Shown here: in pieces, positions 38,493 to 49,091 of the stretch | Layout: every line of letters starts with the position of its first letter | How positions within the stretch are numbered: position 1 is the stretch's first letter | DNA from: Lysobacterales bacterium | Lineage (GTDB): Bacteria > Pseudomonadota > Gammaproteobacteria > Xanthomonadales > SZUA-5 | Assembly (NCBI GenBank): GCA_022844165.1 | Contig: JALHMH010000001.1 | Coordinates: forward strand, 128,001 to 192,000 | Length of the DNA: 64,000 bases | Direction: 5' to 3' | Program-made: the position numbers and the translations under genes | Notes under the pieces: generated by a model | What the model saw: only the letters and a program-made list of their open reading frames with translations | Database searches by the model: none | What the model was told of the DNA's origin: nothing

Positions 38493-40400
38493 ATGTTTCA
38501 GTCAACGCTATTGGTCGCCGCGTTAGCGGCTGCAACTGAGATCCCTGTCGCCAACTTCGTGGCGCCGCCGGCGCTGGAGGCGATGAAGTTGTCGCCGGAC
38601 GGTAAACACCTGGCGCTGGTTGTTCCGCAATCAGAGTACGAGACGATGTTGGTGGTCATGGACGCCAAATCGCTGAAGCCTGTTGGTGGATTGCGTTCAG
38701 CGCAGCGGCGTCACATCGAGAACGTCTGGTGGGCAAGCGATACGCGCCTCGTGATCTCCACGGCGGAGAAGTATGGCAGTCTCGACACGCCCTACGCGAC
38801 GGGCCATCTGGAAGGCGTCGACTTTGACGGAAAACGTGTGCGTCGCCTGTACGGCAACGATGGCGAACAGCAGCTGGGAACACGCCGAAAAACACGAGCA
38901 ACGGAGACGGGTTTCGCCTACATGGTGGATCCACTCCCGGACATGCCGGAGTACGCGGCCATCGGCCTTTACTCTGGGAAGGTGAATGACCCTTATCCCG
39001 ATCTGATGTTGTTGAACGTGGTCAACGGCAATAGCAAACAGCTGGCCAAGGCGCCGGTGCCATCCGCCAATTTCATTGTTGATCGCAAAGGACAGCCGCA
39101 CTTTGTCGCCGGCACGCGCGACGGTTGGCAGGAGCTTTACCAACGGGTCGACGAGGGTTGGCGTTTGATCAACAAAGAGGCAGAGAGTCATGAGGAACTG
39201 CGGCCCTTGCATCTGGCAGGTGATGGCAAACTCTATATCCATCGGCTGCCTGCCAGCGGACCTGGGCAGGTCGAGCTTTGGGATCCGGCATCTGGCCAGT
39301 CTGAGGTGCTTTATCAGCCCTCGATTGCCGAGCCATACGGTTTCTCGGTCAGCGCCGATGGCAACAAACTGACGGGCGTCATCACGGCGGATGGTCGCTT
39401 TAGTTTCGAAGCTTTCGACAAGTCGGCGCCAGAGGCGCGCGCAATCGCAGCATTGAGCAAGAGCTTTCCCGACGCCTTGGTTCATCCCATCGACTACTCG
39501 CGCGACGGCAAGACAACGCTTTTCCGTGTCGGCAGCGATAGAAACTCTGGCGAGTATTACCTGCTCGAAGACGGCAAAGCGCGTTTTTTGCTGGCGCGCG
39601 ATGAAGGCCTCGATCCGGCGCTGATGCGGCCTACCGAAGCGATCTCTCTGAAGGCACGCGACGGTCGGGCCTTGCACGGTTATCTCACCAGACCTGCGGG
39701 CGAAGCAAAAGCCCCCCTCGTCGTGTTGCCGCACGGCGGCCCGCACGGCGTGCGCGACTACGCAGAATTCGACGCAGAAGTTCAGTTCCTGGCCAATCGA
39801 GGATTTGCGGTGCTGCAAGTGAACTTTCGCGGTTCCGGCGGCTACGGCCAGGAGTTTGCGACTTCCGGTTATGGTCAATGGGGCGGGTCGATGATCGATG
39901 ACTTGCTCGATGCCACCAGACACGTGATCGAATTGGGTCATGTCGACGAAAAACGCATCTGTTCTTATGGCGCGAGCTATGGCGGATTTGCAGCGCTGTC
40001 GATGGCGGTGCGCGAGCCGGACCTTCTGCGCTGTGCGATCAGCTACGTGGGCGTGTCCGATCTCGAACTCATGTACTCGCGCGGAGACATCAGCAATAGT
40101 CGGGAAGGGAAGGATTACCTCGAACGGGTGCTGGGCAAAGACAAGGCGTTGATGGCGCAATACTCGCCGGTGAATCACGCCGACAGGATCCAGGCCAAGG
40201 TGATGCTGGTGCACGGCGGCGATGATTTTCGAGTGCCGCCGGTGCATGCCAAACGCATGAAGAGCGAACTGGAGAAAGCAGGAAAGACGGTCGAGTGGCT
40301 CTACAAAATCGACGAAGGCCATGGATTCTACAAGCGCGAGCACCGCGAGGAGTTTTTGAGCAAGTTGATCGAGTTCTTGCGTGCGAATACTGGCGCCTGA
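38493..40400 (+). CDS. S9 family prolyl oligopeptidase-like peptidase
   Basis: LPHGGP, NFRGSGGYG, GASYGG, HGGDDFRV, EGHGF; signal peptide; AGGAGG RBS. Confidence 0.92.
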   Translation: MFQSTLLVAALAAATEIPVANFVAPPALEAMKLSPDGKHLALVVPQSEYETMLVVMDAKSLKPVGGLRSAQRRHIENVWWASDTRLVISTAEKYGSLDTPYATGHLEGVDFDGKRVRRLYGNDGEQQLGTRRKTRATETGFAYMVDPLPDMPEYAAIGLYSGKVNDPYPDLMLLNVVNGNSKQLAKAPVPSANFIVDRKGQPHFVAGTRDGWQELYQRVDEGWRLINKEAESHEELRPLHLAGDGKLYIHRLPASGPGQVELWDPASGQSEVLYQPSIAEPYGFSVSADGNKLTGVITADGRFSFEAFDKSAPEARAIAALSKSFPDALVHPIDYSRDGKTTLFRVGSDRNSGEYYLLEDGKARFLLARDEGLDPALMRPTEAISLKARDGRALHGYLTRPAGEAKAPLVVLPHGGPHGVRDYAEFDAEVQFLANRGFAVLQVNFRGSGGYGQEFATSGYGQWGGSMIDDLLDATRHVIELGHVDEKRICSYGASYGGFAALSMAVREPDLLRCAISYVGVSDLELMYSRGDISNSREGKDYLERVLGKDKALMAQYSPVNHADRIQAKVMLVHGGDDFRVPPVHAKRMKSELEKAGKTVEWLYKIDEGHGFYKREHREEFLSKLIEFLRANTGA

Positions 40401-40404
40401 GGCG

Positions 40405-42807
40405 TCAGTCAAGGATCAACCGAGCTGCCATCGTGCAGGGAATCCCCATGTAATAAACGAGTCGTTGCAGCACTTCGAGCGCGTTGCGTACGCTTGATGC
40501 GTGCCCTCGTGCGCCCAGGAACGTCGCGATCGCAGCCGCCTCGCACAAGCAACGCAGCGCGGCGGCGAATAACATCATCCCGAGCGACCACGACGCCCAC
40601 CAGATCGTCAATCCCGTCAGATACGCCCACGCACCGTAGGTGTAGTACTCGCCAAAGACGCTGCCAAAGGCGATCACCTGGTGGAGTCGGAACGCCACCA
40701 GCGCCGGCAGAAGCGGAAACAACGCGAACTTGACGATGGCATGGTCGAGCCAGCGGTGCCGAGCGGCGGCACGCTGCTGCGCATACAGCGAAAGTTGGCA
40801 GTGACGTGTCGTTACGCTGATCCCCGCGGAATTCAGCGCCGCAATCAAAGCCAGTGGATCGCGCATCTCAAGCGGAAATGTCCGCCCGGCGCTCAGGCGA
40901 AGCGTGACGCCGAAGCCCGGCGCCGGCCAGCGCCATGGCTGCAAAGTCGCAATGGCGGGTAACGGTATTTCGATGCGCTGACCACGTTGTTGCAGCAGCA
41001 GCGTGTTGCCATCGATTCGGGCCTGAAATGTGTTCGCAGCGCGAATGACGTGCGCAGCGAGAAGCGGCGCCAGTACGAGCCATGCGTAAGCCTGCAGCTG
41101 CCCGAGCGAATACACCTGGAATCCGTCGCGCAGCATGGCTGCCAACAGCCATAGCAAGCCGATGAGCGCGATGCACTGAAGCAAGACCACACCGCCCCGG
41201 AGGACGCCGGGCAATACCGCACCGTGCAGATCTGGCCTGTACCGCCTGCGTTGTGGCCACCACGCGGCTGCGCCAAGCGCCAGAAGTAGCAAGCTCGCCG
41301 CACCGCCGAGCCAATCGCCCCAGCGGACCATCAGGGTGACTGGTGGATTGCGGATCGGCACCGCACCCCCCAGAACTGCCTGATCGCCAATCGCGGCGCT
41401 GGCCAGGACTTCGCCACTAGGATCGACGAATGCGGTCAACCCGTTGGTGGTCACGCGCAATTGCGGCAAGCGAGTCTCGATGCTGCGAAAAATCGCCACC
41501 CAAAGGTGCAGGGTGGCACCCTCGCTGCTGGCGCTGAACCAGGCATCGTTGGACAGACTGATCAGTGCTTGTGCGCCGAGGCGCGCGGCGTCGAGCGCCA
41601 ATTCTGGATGCACATCGTCCAGGCAGATCAGCGGCGCAATTTGCAGCTCGCCGTTTGGCGCGCGCAGCGGGAATACGCGTGCGCCATCGCCGCGTCGCCA
41701 GGAACCCGCCCAGGGAAACGCGGCGCGAAACCTCGGTCCGTCGAGCCAACCGGGCACAAATTCGGTGAGCGGAAATGGATGAGTTTTTCGATAGCGCCCC
41801 ACGATTCCGGTCGCGTCCAGCAGCACGGCACTGTTGTATTCACCGAGCGTATCGACCTCGTAACTTCCAAACAGCAGCGGCACGCCAGTCGAATCCACGA
41901 ATCGCCGGATTTCCGCATCGAAGTCTGCGCCTTCCGTGCTGCGTGGTTGATCGAAGGTTGTTGGGTAAACAGTTTCCGACCATAGCAGCGCCTGCGCGCC
42001 GTTTTTTTCGATCGCATCGCGAGACAATTCGAAGTGCCTGTCGAGTACGCGGCGCACCACCCCATAGGTGCCGAGCGTTTCGCGTTGGCGTTCGTAGTCC
42101 ACCAAATTGGATTGCACCATAGCGATGCGGATCCATGGCGTCGGTTCCGCGAATGCCTGCTGCAGTTGCGATAAGCGCCAATGCCCGTAAGCCCACATCG
42201 TCATCGGTACCAACGCAGCGCATGTCGCCCAGGCCGTCGCACTGCGCCAAGTGCGAATGGCCAGTATGGAACGGGCGGCAGCGTCGTTGGTGATCAACAG
42301 CAAGGCCGTGATCGCCGCAACGCCGCCCAGATCCGCGATCTGGCGCAGCGCGGTCGCGGTCGCAAGCCCATGACCCAGACTGTCGCCCAGGAGCTTTGGC
42401 CACCACCACTCGCAGGCGATCCATGCGCTCGCTCCAGCGATGCCGGCGATGGCTGCCCCGTAGCGGCGCCTAGCCGCGTTGCGCAACGTTGCGAAGGCCA
42501 GGAACTGTGGTTGCATCAGCGGCGCAAGAAAAATCAGCGACGCGGTTGCAAGGCCACCGCCGATGCCAGTGAAGTTGCCGACGGCAATGCCAAACCAGCT
42601 GAACACCGCCGCCACGAACGCCATACTCATCAAGACGCCGGATAACAACGCGGCGCGCCAACCGAGTCGCTCCAAGGTCAGGAGCCAAGGCACCAGCGCG
42701 ACGAATCCCAAAAGCGGCGATGTTCCACGCGCATACCAAAACAGCAGCAATCCGCTGCCAAGAACGCCGACTACAACTGAGCCGGCGATTCGCAGGCGCG
42801 CAATCAA
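40405..42807 (-). CDS. lnt: Apolipoprotein N-acyltransferase with a long C-terminal membrane extension
   Basis: VQSN; triad WSET (Glu), YRKTHPFPLTE (Lys), PLICLD (Cys); SNDAWF, RSIETR; about 280 extra C-terminal residues. Confidence 0.85.
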   Translation of the reverse strand: MIARLRIAGSVVVGVLGSGLLLFWYARGTSPLLGFVALVPWLLTLERLGWRAALLSGVLMSMAFVAAVFSWFGIAVGNFTGIGGGLATASLIFLAPLMQPQFLAFATLRNAARRRYGAAIAGIAGASAWIACEWWWPKLLGDSLGHGLATATALRQIADLGGVAAITALLLITNDAAARSILAIRTWRSATAWATCAALVPMTMWAYGHWRLSQLQQAFAEPTPWIRIAMVQSNLVDYERQRETLGTYGVVRRVLDRHFELSRDAIEKNGAQALLWSETVYPTTFDQPRSTEGADFDAEIRRFVDSTGVPLLFGSYEVDTLGEYNSAVLLDATGIVGRYRKTHPFPLTEFVPGWLDGPRFRAAFPWAGSWRRGDGARVFPLRAPNGELQIAPLICLDDVHPELALDAARLGAQALISLSNDAWFSASSEGATLHLWVAIFRSIETRLPQLRVTTNGLTAFVDPSGEVLASAAIGDQAVLGGAVPIRNPPVTLMVRWGDWLGGAASLLLLALGAAAWWPQRRRYRPDLHGAVLPGVLRGGVVLLQCIALIGLLWLLAAMLRDGFQVYSLGQLQAYAWLVLAPLLAAHVIRAANTFQARIDGNTLLLQQRGQRIEIPLPAIATLQPWRWPAPGFGVTLRLSAGRTFPLEMRDPLALIAALNSAGISVTTRHCQLSLYAQQRAAARHRWLDHAIVKFALFPLLPALVAFRLHQVIAFGSVFGEYYTYGAWAYLTGLTIWWASWSLGMMLFAAALRCLCEAAAIATFLGARGHASSVRNALEVLQRLVYYMGIPCTMAARLILD

Positions 42808-43463
42808 CCCACTGGCGGCAGCGCGATCTGCCGGATCGGAAGACCAGGTGGCGCCAGATGTGCCGGCACGATGCGGTCCTCCGGGATCGGAATCAGATTG
42901 CCCGCGGCATCTCGAAGCACCGCATCGGGCGCATACATGAGAATCGGCTCGATCGGTTCGCCTTCATCGGTGACCTGATGGTGCCGCACATACCCTGGTG
43001 GCAGAGGAAATTCGGGCGGGACCGCAATACCGATCATCAATGGTACCGTGCCAGGAGGATTGAAAGCCGCGATGCCTTCGGTTTCCCCGGTCGCACGCAA
43101 GGCTCGAATCAACTCGCCGCCGGTAGGTACTGGATCGCCCGGCGAAAAGTAGCTGGCGATGTCGTTTGCATCACCGGTACGCCACTCGGCGGCGGGTTCA
43201 GCGGCCTGTTGTGGCGCAACGATGGGCTGCGGTGCAGGTTGTGCCGCAATGGCGGCATCCACCGTGATCTCGTTGGATGCTGCGGGCGTTGCGATTTGAA
43301 CCACGCCGGACTCGGCTGGCGGGATAGGGCTGGACCTGCGTTTCTGCATCGTCAGTGTCGCCGCGACTGCCAACGCGATAAACACCAGAACGATCGATGC
43401 CAGCGCGAATGGGCGCAAACCCGGCTCGCGCACGATGCGTACGCCGTCCGGGTCAGCACTCAC
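42804..43463 (-). CDS. Hypothetical single-TM protein coupled to lnt
   Basis: TM, Pro/Ala-rich linker, FNPPGT.P, LPPGYVRHHQ.TD.G; stop overlaps the lnt start. Confidence 0.8.
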   Translation of the reverse strand: MSADPDGVRIVREPGLRPFALASIVLVFIALAVAATLTMQKRRSSPIPPAESGVVQIATPAASNEITVDAAIAAQPAPQPIVAPQQAAEPAAEWRTGDANDIASYFSPGDPVPTGGELIRALRATGETEGIAAFNPPGTVPLMIGIAVPPEFPLPPGYVRHHQVTDEGEPIEPILMYAPDAVLRDAAGNLIPIPEDRIVPAHLAPPGLPIRQIALPPVG

Positions 43464-43606
43464 CGTCTACCTCTGCCATCCGAATCGCCCATGCCAGCAT
43501 GGAGATGCGCGTCGATTGAGGGCGACGGAGGCGCCGCCACAGGGGCAGCGCCTTCGTCGAAGAGCGCAAAGTTGCAGACACATCAATGCGCAACTGGTTG
43601 CCGGCG

Positions 43607-44680
43607 CTAAGGGCTCGCCGGGTTGTATACCGAAATCGCCCAGCCCATTCGCTCATGGCCGAACTGGTTCCAAATCGGGCTCTTGCCATTGCTGAAGCTG
43701 CTGTACCGCGGTGCGCCGCTGCCCGTGCTGCCGCCCCACAATCCGGCCGAAACCGTGCCACCGGTGAATGTCGGGTGGGTGTCGTCCGATTGAATGTAGT
43801 CGAAACTGCTCGATGCGCTGACAAATTTGGTGTTGGCATCGCGGAGGGTCGAACGCAGCGTAACTGAAATGCGATTGACGTAACTGGCCTCGGATTCGCC
43901 CGCCACATAACGCAGCGCTTCGGCGTCGACTTGGCCATCGCCGTTGCTGTCGTGGTCGGCGCCCATGTACTGCGCAAAACTGTCGGCGCATTGGAAACCC
44001 TTCTGGCGAGCGTATTCGCACATCCAGTAGTTCATGGTGGCGATGGCCGGCAGGAATCGATCGCGCAGATTGACCGTTGCGCCGGTTGCTGAGTCGCGGC
44101 AAGAGCTCTGCACGTTGTCGGCGTTATAGCCAGGGTAGTACAGGTTCGAAATGACCTTGAGTCGTGTATTCGGATGGGCGTTCGTATTGATGTAGTCCAT
44201 CGCAGCGGCGACATAGGTCTTGCAGTTATTCACCGCCGTCGCCAATCCGCTGTAATTGCAGGTGCCGGACTGTCCCTTGAACGCCGAGCGTGCCTGCAAG
44301 CCATCGTTGCCGCACATTTCGAAGGTCACAACCCGCGTCGCCGCATTTTGCATGTACGAACGCTCGTTGACGATCTTGCTTTGGTAAACGTCCGAGGCCA
44401 CGGCCCCCGATTTGGCGCGGCGAATGCTCTCAATGTCGGCGTTCCATCTGGCCGACAAATACTCGGCATCGACCGTCGGCGCGGCGTAACGAGCAGCGTT
44501 GCTGATCGAGCCGTTGTAGCCGGCGTAAATCGAATCGCCATAGGCGACAATGCGATACTTGGCTGTCGTGCCAGATCGGTCGACGGTCCAGGACACATTT
44601 TGATTCAAGGTATTGGCCATGGCATGGCCGCCCAAAACGAGCAACAGCGCCAAGGCGCCGCCTTTCGATGCAGTGTTCAT
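43607..44680 (-). CDS. Secreted SGNH/GDSL hydrolase family protein
   Basis: AYGDSI, CGND, DDTHP; Ca-binding-like DHDSNGDG; GGAGGAG RBS before MNTASK. Confidence 0.85.
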   Translation of the reverse strand: MNTASKGGALALLLVLGGHAMANTLNQNVSWTVDRSGTTAKYRIVAYGDSIYAGYNGSISNAARYAAPTVDAEYLSARWNADIESIRRAKSGAVASDVYQSKIVNERSYMQNAATRVVTFEMCGNDGLQARSAFKGQSGTCNYSGLATAVNNCKTYVAAAMDYINTNAHPNTRLKVISNLYYPGYNADNVQSSCRDSATGATVNLRDRFLPAIATMNYWMCEYARQKGFQCADSFAQYMGADHDSNGDGQVDAEALRYVAGESEASYVNRISVTLRSTLRDANTKFVSASSSFDYIQSDDTHPTFTGGTVSAGLWGGSTGSGAPRYSSFSNGKSPIWNQFGHERMGWAISVYNPASP

Positions 44681-45043
44681 ACTCCTCCCAGATGAACGAT
44701 GGGAAAGACCGGTTGATCCTTGCGTGATTGGCATGGCGCCGTGTCGAGGCTTCCCCCCATGCCGGCGCGAACGCTACGCGCGCAGTGGCTGCCAGGTCAA
44801 CAACCGAAACGTACTTTGGCGTATTGAAGTGCGCGGCGAGGTCTGTTGCGCTGCGTCATGCGACGAATGGCAATGCTGTCGACGTCAAACTGTTCGTCAG
44901 TAAGGCCAGGATGCGCGCTGAACCGGCGCGGTTTGAGCAACCATCAGCGTGTAGGGCCGACGGCTGCTTTGCGGTGCCGGCTTCCTTGCCCGCTCGTCGC
45001 GGTCATTCAAACCGCTTCCTGGCAGATCCTGCACCGCAACAAT

Positions 45044-45508
45044 TCATGCTTTCGAGGGACTGATATACATCGTAACTTTTGCGTCAAAAACGATTTCACC
45101 GCGCGAATCGCGCACTTCAACGGTGCAAATCCGGTCCGCGCCGCTGCCGATCTCGCCGATCGAATCCAGGGTGCCAGAGGCGAACATACGGCCGTTCGCC
45201 TTTTTCAAATAGCGCACCGTCATGCCTTTGGGAATCCAGCGAATTCCCGGCGTCATGGCCGCATCTGTGGCGAGGCCTGCGCAAAACTCGGCGAGGTTGC
45301 ACAACGCGATGGCATGTACGGTACCGATGTGGTTCTGTACCCGCCAGCGATGGCGAATCGTGGCGTCACACACGCCCGGTTCCAAACGCACCAACAATGG
45401 CGCAATGCTGCGAAAGTAGGGCGCTCGAAATCCGATCAGCTGCGATGCGAGCCAGCGCCCGAAGGCGCTGGTGCCCAACTGGCGGTGGAGTTTAAGTGCG
45501 GCGCTCAC
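45044..45508 (-). CDS. Hotdog-fold thioesterase (DUF4442)
   Basis: APYFRSI, NHIGTVHAIALCNLAE, WIPKGMTV.Y. Confidence 0.88.
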   Translation of the reverse strand: MSAALKLHRQLGTSAFGRWLASQLIGFRAPYFRSIAPLLVRLEPGVCDATIRHRWRVQNHIGTVHAIALCNLAEFCAGLATDAAMTPGIRWIPKGMTVRYLKKANGRMFASGTLDSIGEIGSGADRICTVEVRDSRGEIVFDAKVTMYISPSKA

Positions 45509-47982
45509 GCGGCGCTCTTCAGGTGCGGTCGCTGTGGGTCACGGGCTTTCCCGGCGACCAGATCGGCCGTGTCGAACTCATCCACGGCGATGATGTCGGC
45601 GGTGAGTTGCCGTGCGCGTTCCAACTGCGTACGCTCGTCCGCGGCGATCACGCCGTATTGCACGGCTTGCTGCAACTGCTGGTCGATGTCCAGTGCCTGG
45701 ATTGTCCCGGCCTTAACCGCTTTGGCGACCTTGCGTTCGATCGGTTCGGCTTCGATGACCACTTTCAGTGCCGCATCGATTTTGCCGACCTCGTTGAACG
45801 CGCTCGGCGTTAGATAACAGAACTCTGCGAGGCGATCGCGGGCTTCGTTAGGGTACATCAGCAGTGTGGCCACACGACGGCCCAGGCGATCGCTCGGCGC
45901 ATTTTCCAATCGTCCCAGCGGAAACACCAGTGCGCGCAACACCCACGCGACCGGGCGCACCGGGAAATTGCGCAACACGCCGTCGAGCGCGGTTTGAATT
46001 TTCGCGATGCTGTCGTGAAACGCCCAGGCCAACAACGGCCGATCGAGCTCAGGTCGACCTTGATCCTCGAAGCGCTTCAACATGCTGGATGCGATGTACA
46101 GCTGACTGAGGACATCGCCCAGGCGTGCAGAAATGCGTTCTTTCTGCTTCAGTTTGCCACCCAGAATCAACATCGACGTATCCGCCACCAGCGCCAGGGC
46201 TGCGCTGTATCGAGACAACTTGCGATAGAAGCGCCGCGTGTATCGATCCGCCCTGGGCGCGGTACCGATACGACTGTGGGTCAAGCCAAACAGCAGTGAA
46301 CGTGCAGCATTCGAGATAGCAAAGCCGACGTGCGCAAACAACGTGCGGTCGAAGGTTTTGAGGCGCTCTTCTGGGTGCGCGATGGTGGCCGACTGCATCA
46401 GTTTGAGCACGTAAGGGTGACAACGAATCGCACCCTGACCGAAGATAATCATGTTGCGCGTCAGGATGTTTGCGCCCTCGACTGTGACGCTGATCGGCGC
46501 ACCCTGCCAGGCACGGCCGAGATAGTTTTTCGGCCCGAGGATAATGGTCTTGCCGCCGTGGATATCCATCGCGTCCTGGACCACTTGCCTGCCGACCTCA
46601 GTGGCGTGGTACTTCGCGATCGCCGAAGGTACGGCTGGCTTCTCGCCCTGATCGACCGCGGCCGCAGTGGCCCGCGACAATGCAGTCACCGCGTAGGTCA
46701 ATCCACCGATGCGCGCCAGCGCTTCTTCGATACCTTCGAAACGTCCAATAGACATGCCGAATTGTTTGCGGATGCGGGCATAGGCGCCGGTGGCGAGCGC
46801 TCCGGCGCGCATCGCGCCTGCGGAACTCGATGGCAACGAAATGGCGCGGCCAACACTCAAACATTCGACCAGCATCCGCCAACCCTGGCCGGCGTAGGCT
46901 GCGCCGCCAATCAAGCGCTCGATCGGGATCAGAACGTTGGTGCCACGAATCGGACCGTTCTGGAACGGGATGTTGAGCGGCAGATGGCGCTTGCCGATCT
47001 CCATCCCTGGCGTGTCTCGAGGAATCAGCGCCAGAGTGATCCCGATGTCCTCTTTCTCGCCCAGCAGGTGCTGTGGATCGTGCAGGCGGAAAGCAAGGCC
47101 GATCACGGTCGCCACTGGCGCAAGCGTGATGTAGCGCTTCTCAAAATTCAGGCGCACTCCGATGGTCTCCACACCATCGATCATCTCCCGCACGACGACG
47201 CCATAGTCCGGGATTGAGGTCGCATCCGACCCGGCCCACGGGTTGGTCAAGCCGAAACACGGTATGTCGCGGCCGTCGGCCAGTCGCGGCAGATAGTGGC
47301 TCTTTTGCTCGTCGGTGCCGTAGTGCAACAGCAGCTCGGCGGGGCCAAGCGAGTTGGGGACCGCAACGGTCGAGGATAACGTCGGGCTGACACCTGCGAG
47401 TTTCTGCAATACCGCCGAATGTGCATGCGCAGAGAACTCCAGTCCACCGTAGCGTTTGGGAATGATCATCCCGAAGAATTTGTGGGTCTTGAGGAACTCC
47501 CAAATCCGCGGCGGAAGGTCGTTGCGCTCGTGTGTGATTTCCCAGTCGTTGACCATGGCGCAGACCTCTTCCACCGGTCCTGCCAAAAAGTTGAGCTCAT
47601 CGCGTGTCAAATGTGGCGCAGGGGCTTTGAGCAATTTTGACCATCGTGGTCGACCACTGAACAGCTCGCCTTCGAATCCAACGGTGCCGGCCTCGAGGGC
47701 GACGCGTTCGGTTTCCGACAACTGCGGCGCAATTTTGATGTACATGTCGAGGGCCAGCTGCGAGATCAACTTCGTTCGCAGCGGTGCATAGTTCAGTACC
47801 ACTGCGGTGCCGAGAAAGGCGGCCCAGCACAAGCCCAGCGTCACCCAGTCTGCGCCACTGTAGAGCGAGGCGATCAAGAGCGCGCCAGCGGAAAGCGCGG
47901 TCCAAGGTCTTAGCCCAAGTCGTGCGTACGCACAACCGATGCCGACGAGAAGCAGTGAAAGCAGTGGAATCAGGGATAACAT
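45505..47982 (-). CDS. fadE: Acyl-CoA dehydrogenase FadE
   Basis: SETERVALEAGT, VPNSLGPAELL, AGSDA, KRYITLAPVAT, TVEGANILTR. Confidence 0.95.
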   Translation of the reverse strand: MLSLIPLLSLLLVGIGCAYARLGLRPWTALSAGALLIASLYSGADWVTLGLCWAAFLGTAVVLNYAPLRTKLISQLALDMYIKIAPQLSETERVALEAGTVGFEGELFSGRPRWSKLLKAPAPHLTRDELNFLAGPVEEVCAMVNDWEITHERNDLPPRIWEFLKTHKFFGMIIPKRYGGLEFSAHAHSAVLQKLAGVSPTLSSTVAVPNSLGPAELLLHYGTDEQKSHYLPRLADGRDIPCFGLTNPWAGSDATSIPDYGVVVREMIDGVETIGVRLNFEKRYITLAPVATVIGLAFRLHDPQHLLGEKEDIGITLALIPRDTPGMEIGKRHLPLNIPFQNGPIRGTNVLIPIERLIGGAAYAGQGWRMLVECLSVGRAISLPSSSAGAMRAGALATGAYARIRKQFGMSIGRFEGIEEALARIGGLTYAVTALSRATAAAVDQGEKPAVPSAIAKYHATEVGRQVVQDAMDIHGGKTIILGPKNYLGRAWQGAPISVTVEGANILTRNMIIFGQGAIRCHPYVLKLMQSATIAHPEERLKTFDRTLFAHVGFAISNAARSLLFGLTHSRIGTAPRADRYTRRFYRKLSRYSAALALVADTSMLILGGKLKQKERISARLGDVLSQLYIASSMLKRFEDQGRPELDRPLLAWAFHDSIAKIQTALDGVLRNFPVRPVAWVLRALVFPLGRLENAPSDRLGRRVATLLMYPNEARDRLAEFCYLTPSAFNEVGKIDAALKVVIEAEPIERKVAKAVKAGTIQALDIDQQLQQAVQYGVIAADERTQLERARQLTADIIAVDEFDTADLVAGKARDPQRPHLKSAA

Positions 47983-48073
47983 GCAGTTCTCCGAACGAAA
48001 TCGGTGTGCTGGGGGGAGGTAACTTCGTGCCGTTGGTCGGCACGAAAATCTAAGTTGGAGACGATCGGTGCGC

Positions 48074-49012
48074 TCACCGGAATTGCTCCAAGAATCGAGC
48101 GATCTCGCGCGTAAATGCGTCGTTCCGATCGCCTACAACCATGTGCGTTGCGTCTTCGATTTGGACATGTTCGGCATGCGGGACGAGCTGCAGAAACTCG
48201 CCGATGGTTTGCCGGCTGACGACATCCGAGCGCCCGCCGCTCAGGAGTAGCAGCGGCACATCGACCTTCGCCGCAGCGGCTTGTAGGCGAGGGATGTAAC
48301 CGGCTGCCTCTTGAGCCACGCGATCCATCAATCGAGGATCCCAATGCCAACGCCAGCGACCGCCGACGGGCCGCAACTGCGTGCGCAATCGTTCCGGGTC
48401 CTTGCGTTCGCGGTGCGGCAAATAACGCGCCACTTCATCCGCCGCGTGCTGCAGGCTGTCGAATCCTTCTGGGTGGGCCGCCATGAAGGCTAAGATGCGG
48501 TTGACGCCGGCGCTTTCCCATCGTGGCGTGACATCGACCAGCACCATGGCACGGAATGGGCCGTTTTGAGACGAGCAAGCGTCTGCGTGTTCTCCGACGA
48601 CTCCTGCTCGATGCGTCGACGCCGGGGTGCCATCGGCCGTTGTCGCGCTTTGCGAAGCACGCTCGCCTTGCAGCAAGAGTCCCAGCAGGCCGCCCATCGA
48701 AGCGCCGATGAGAATTGACCCGGGATGATCGTCTGCCATCGCTCCCAGATCGTGGGCAAACTGCTCCAGTCTGTAATTCCCGCTGGGCAGCCAGTCCGAA
48801 TCGCCATGACCGCGACCATCGAGTGCCAGCCCGAACCAGCCCTGTTCGGCCATGCTCAAAGCACTGTTGCGCCAGGCTTGCCGATTCTGTCCAAAGCCAT
48901 GTGCGAAGATCAGCGGCGGATGACTTGGATCGCCGAAGGCTTCGACAGACAAAGCCAGCCCGTCGACCGTCGGCCGCTTCAGCAGCGTTGACGCTGTTGC
49001 AATCGAATCCAT
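48074..49012 (-). CDS. Alpha/beta hydrolase (MhpC-like) upstream of fadE
   Basis: AHGFGQ, DGRGHGDS, GASMGG, WHWDP, HMVVGD. Confidence 0.88.
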   Translation of the reverse strand: MDSIATASTLLKRPTVDGLALSVEAFGDPSHPPLIFAHGFGQNRQAWRNSALSMAEQGWFGLALDGRGHGDSDWLPSGNYRLEQFAHDLGAMADDHPGSILIGASMGGLLGLLLQGERASQSATTADGTPASTHRAGVVGEHADACSSQNGPFRAMVLVDVTPRWESAGVNRILAFMAAHPEGFDSLQHAADEVARYLPHRERKDPERLRTQLRPVGGRWRWHWDPRLMDRVAQEAAGYIPRLQAAAAKVDVPLLLLSGGRSDVVSRQTIGEFLQLVPHAEHVQIEDATHMVVGDRNDAFTREIARFLEQFR

Positions 49013-49061
49013 ACGCCCGAGTATGTTGACGCCGTGAAGTGCTGTCAATACGCTTGCGTAT
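49010..49061. promoter_or_regulatory. Two palindromic candidate TetR operators
   Basis: CATAC-GCCCGA-GTATG (49010-49025) and ATACGC-TT-GCGTAT (49048-49061), between the divergent hydrolase-fadE genes and tetR. Confidence 0.65.
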
Positions 49062-49091
49062 GGAGTGCGTTCACGGGTCTTCTACGCAGTT

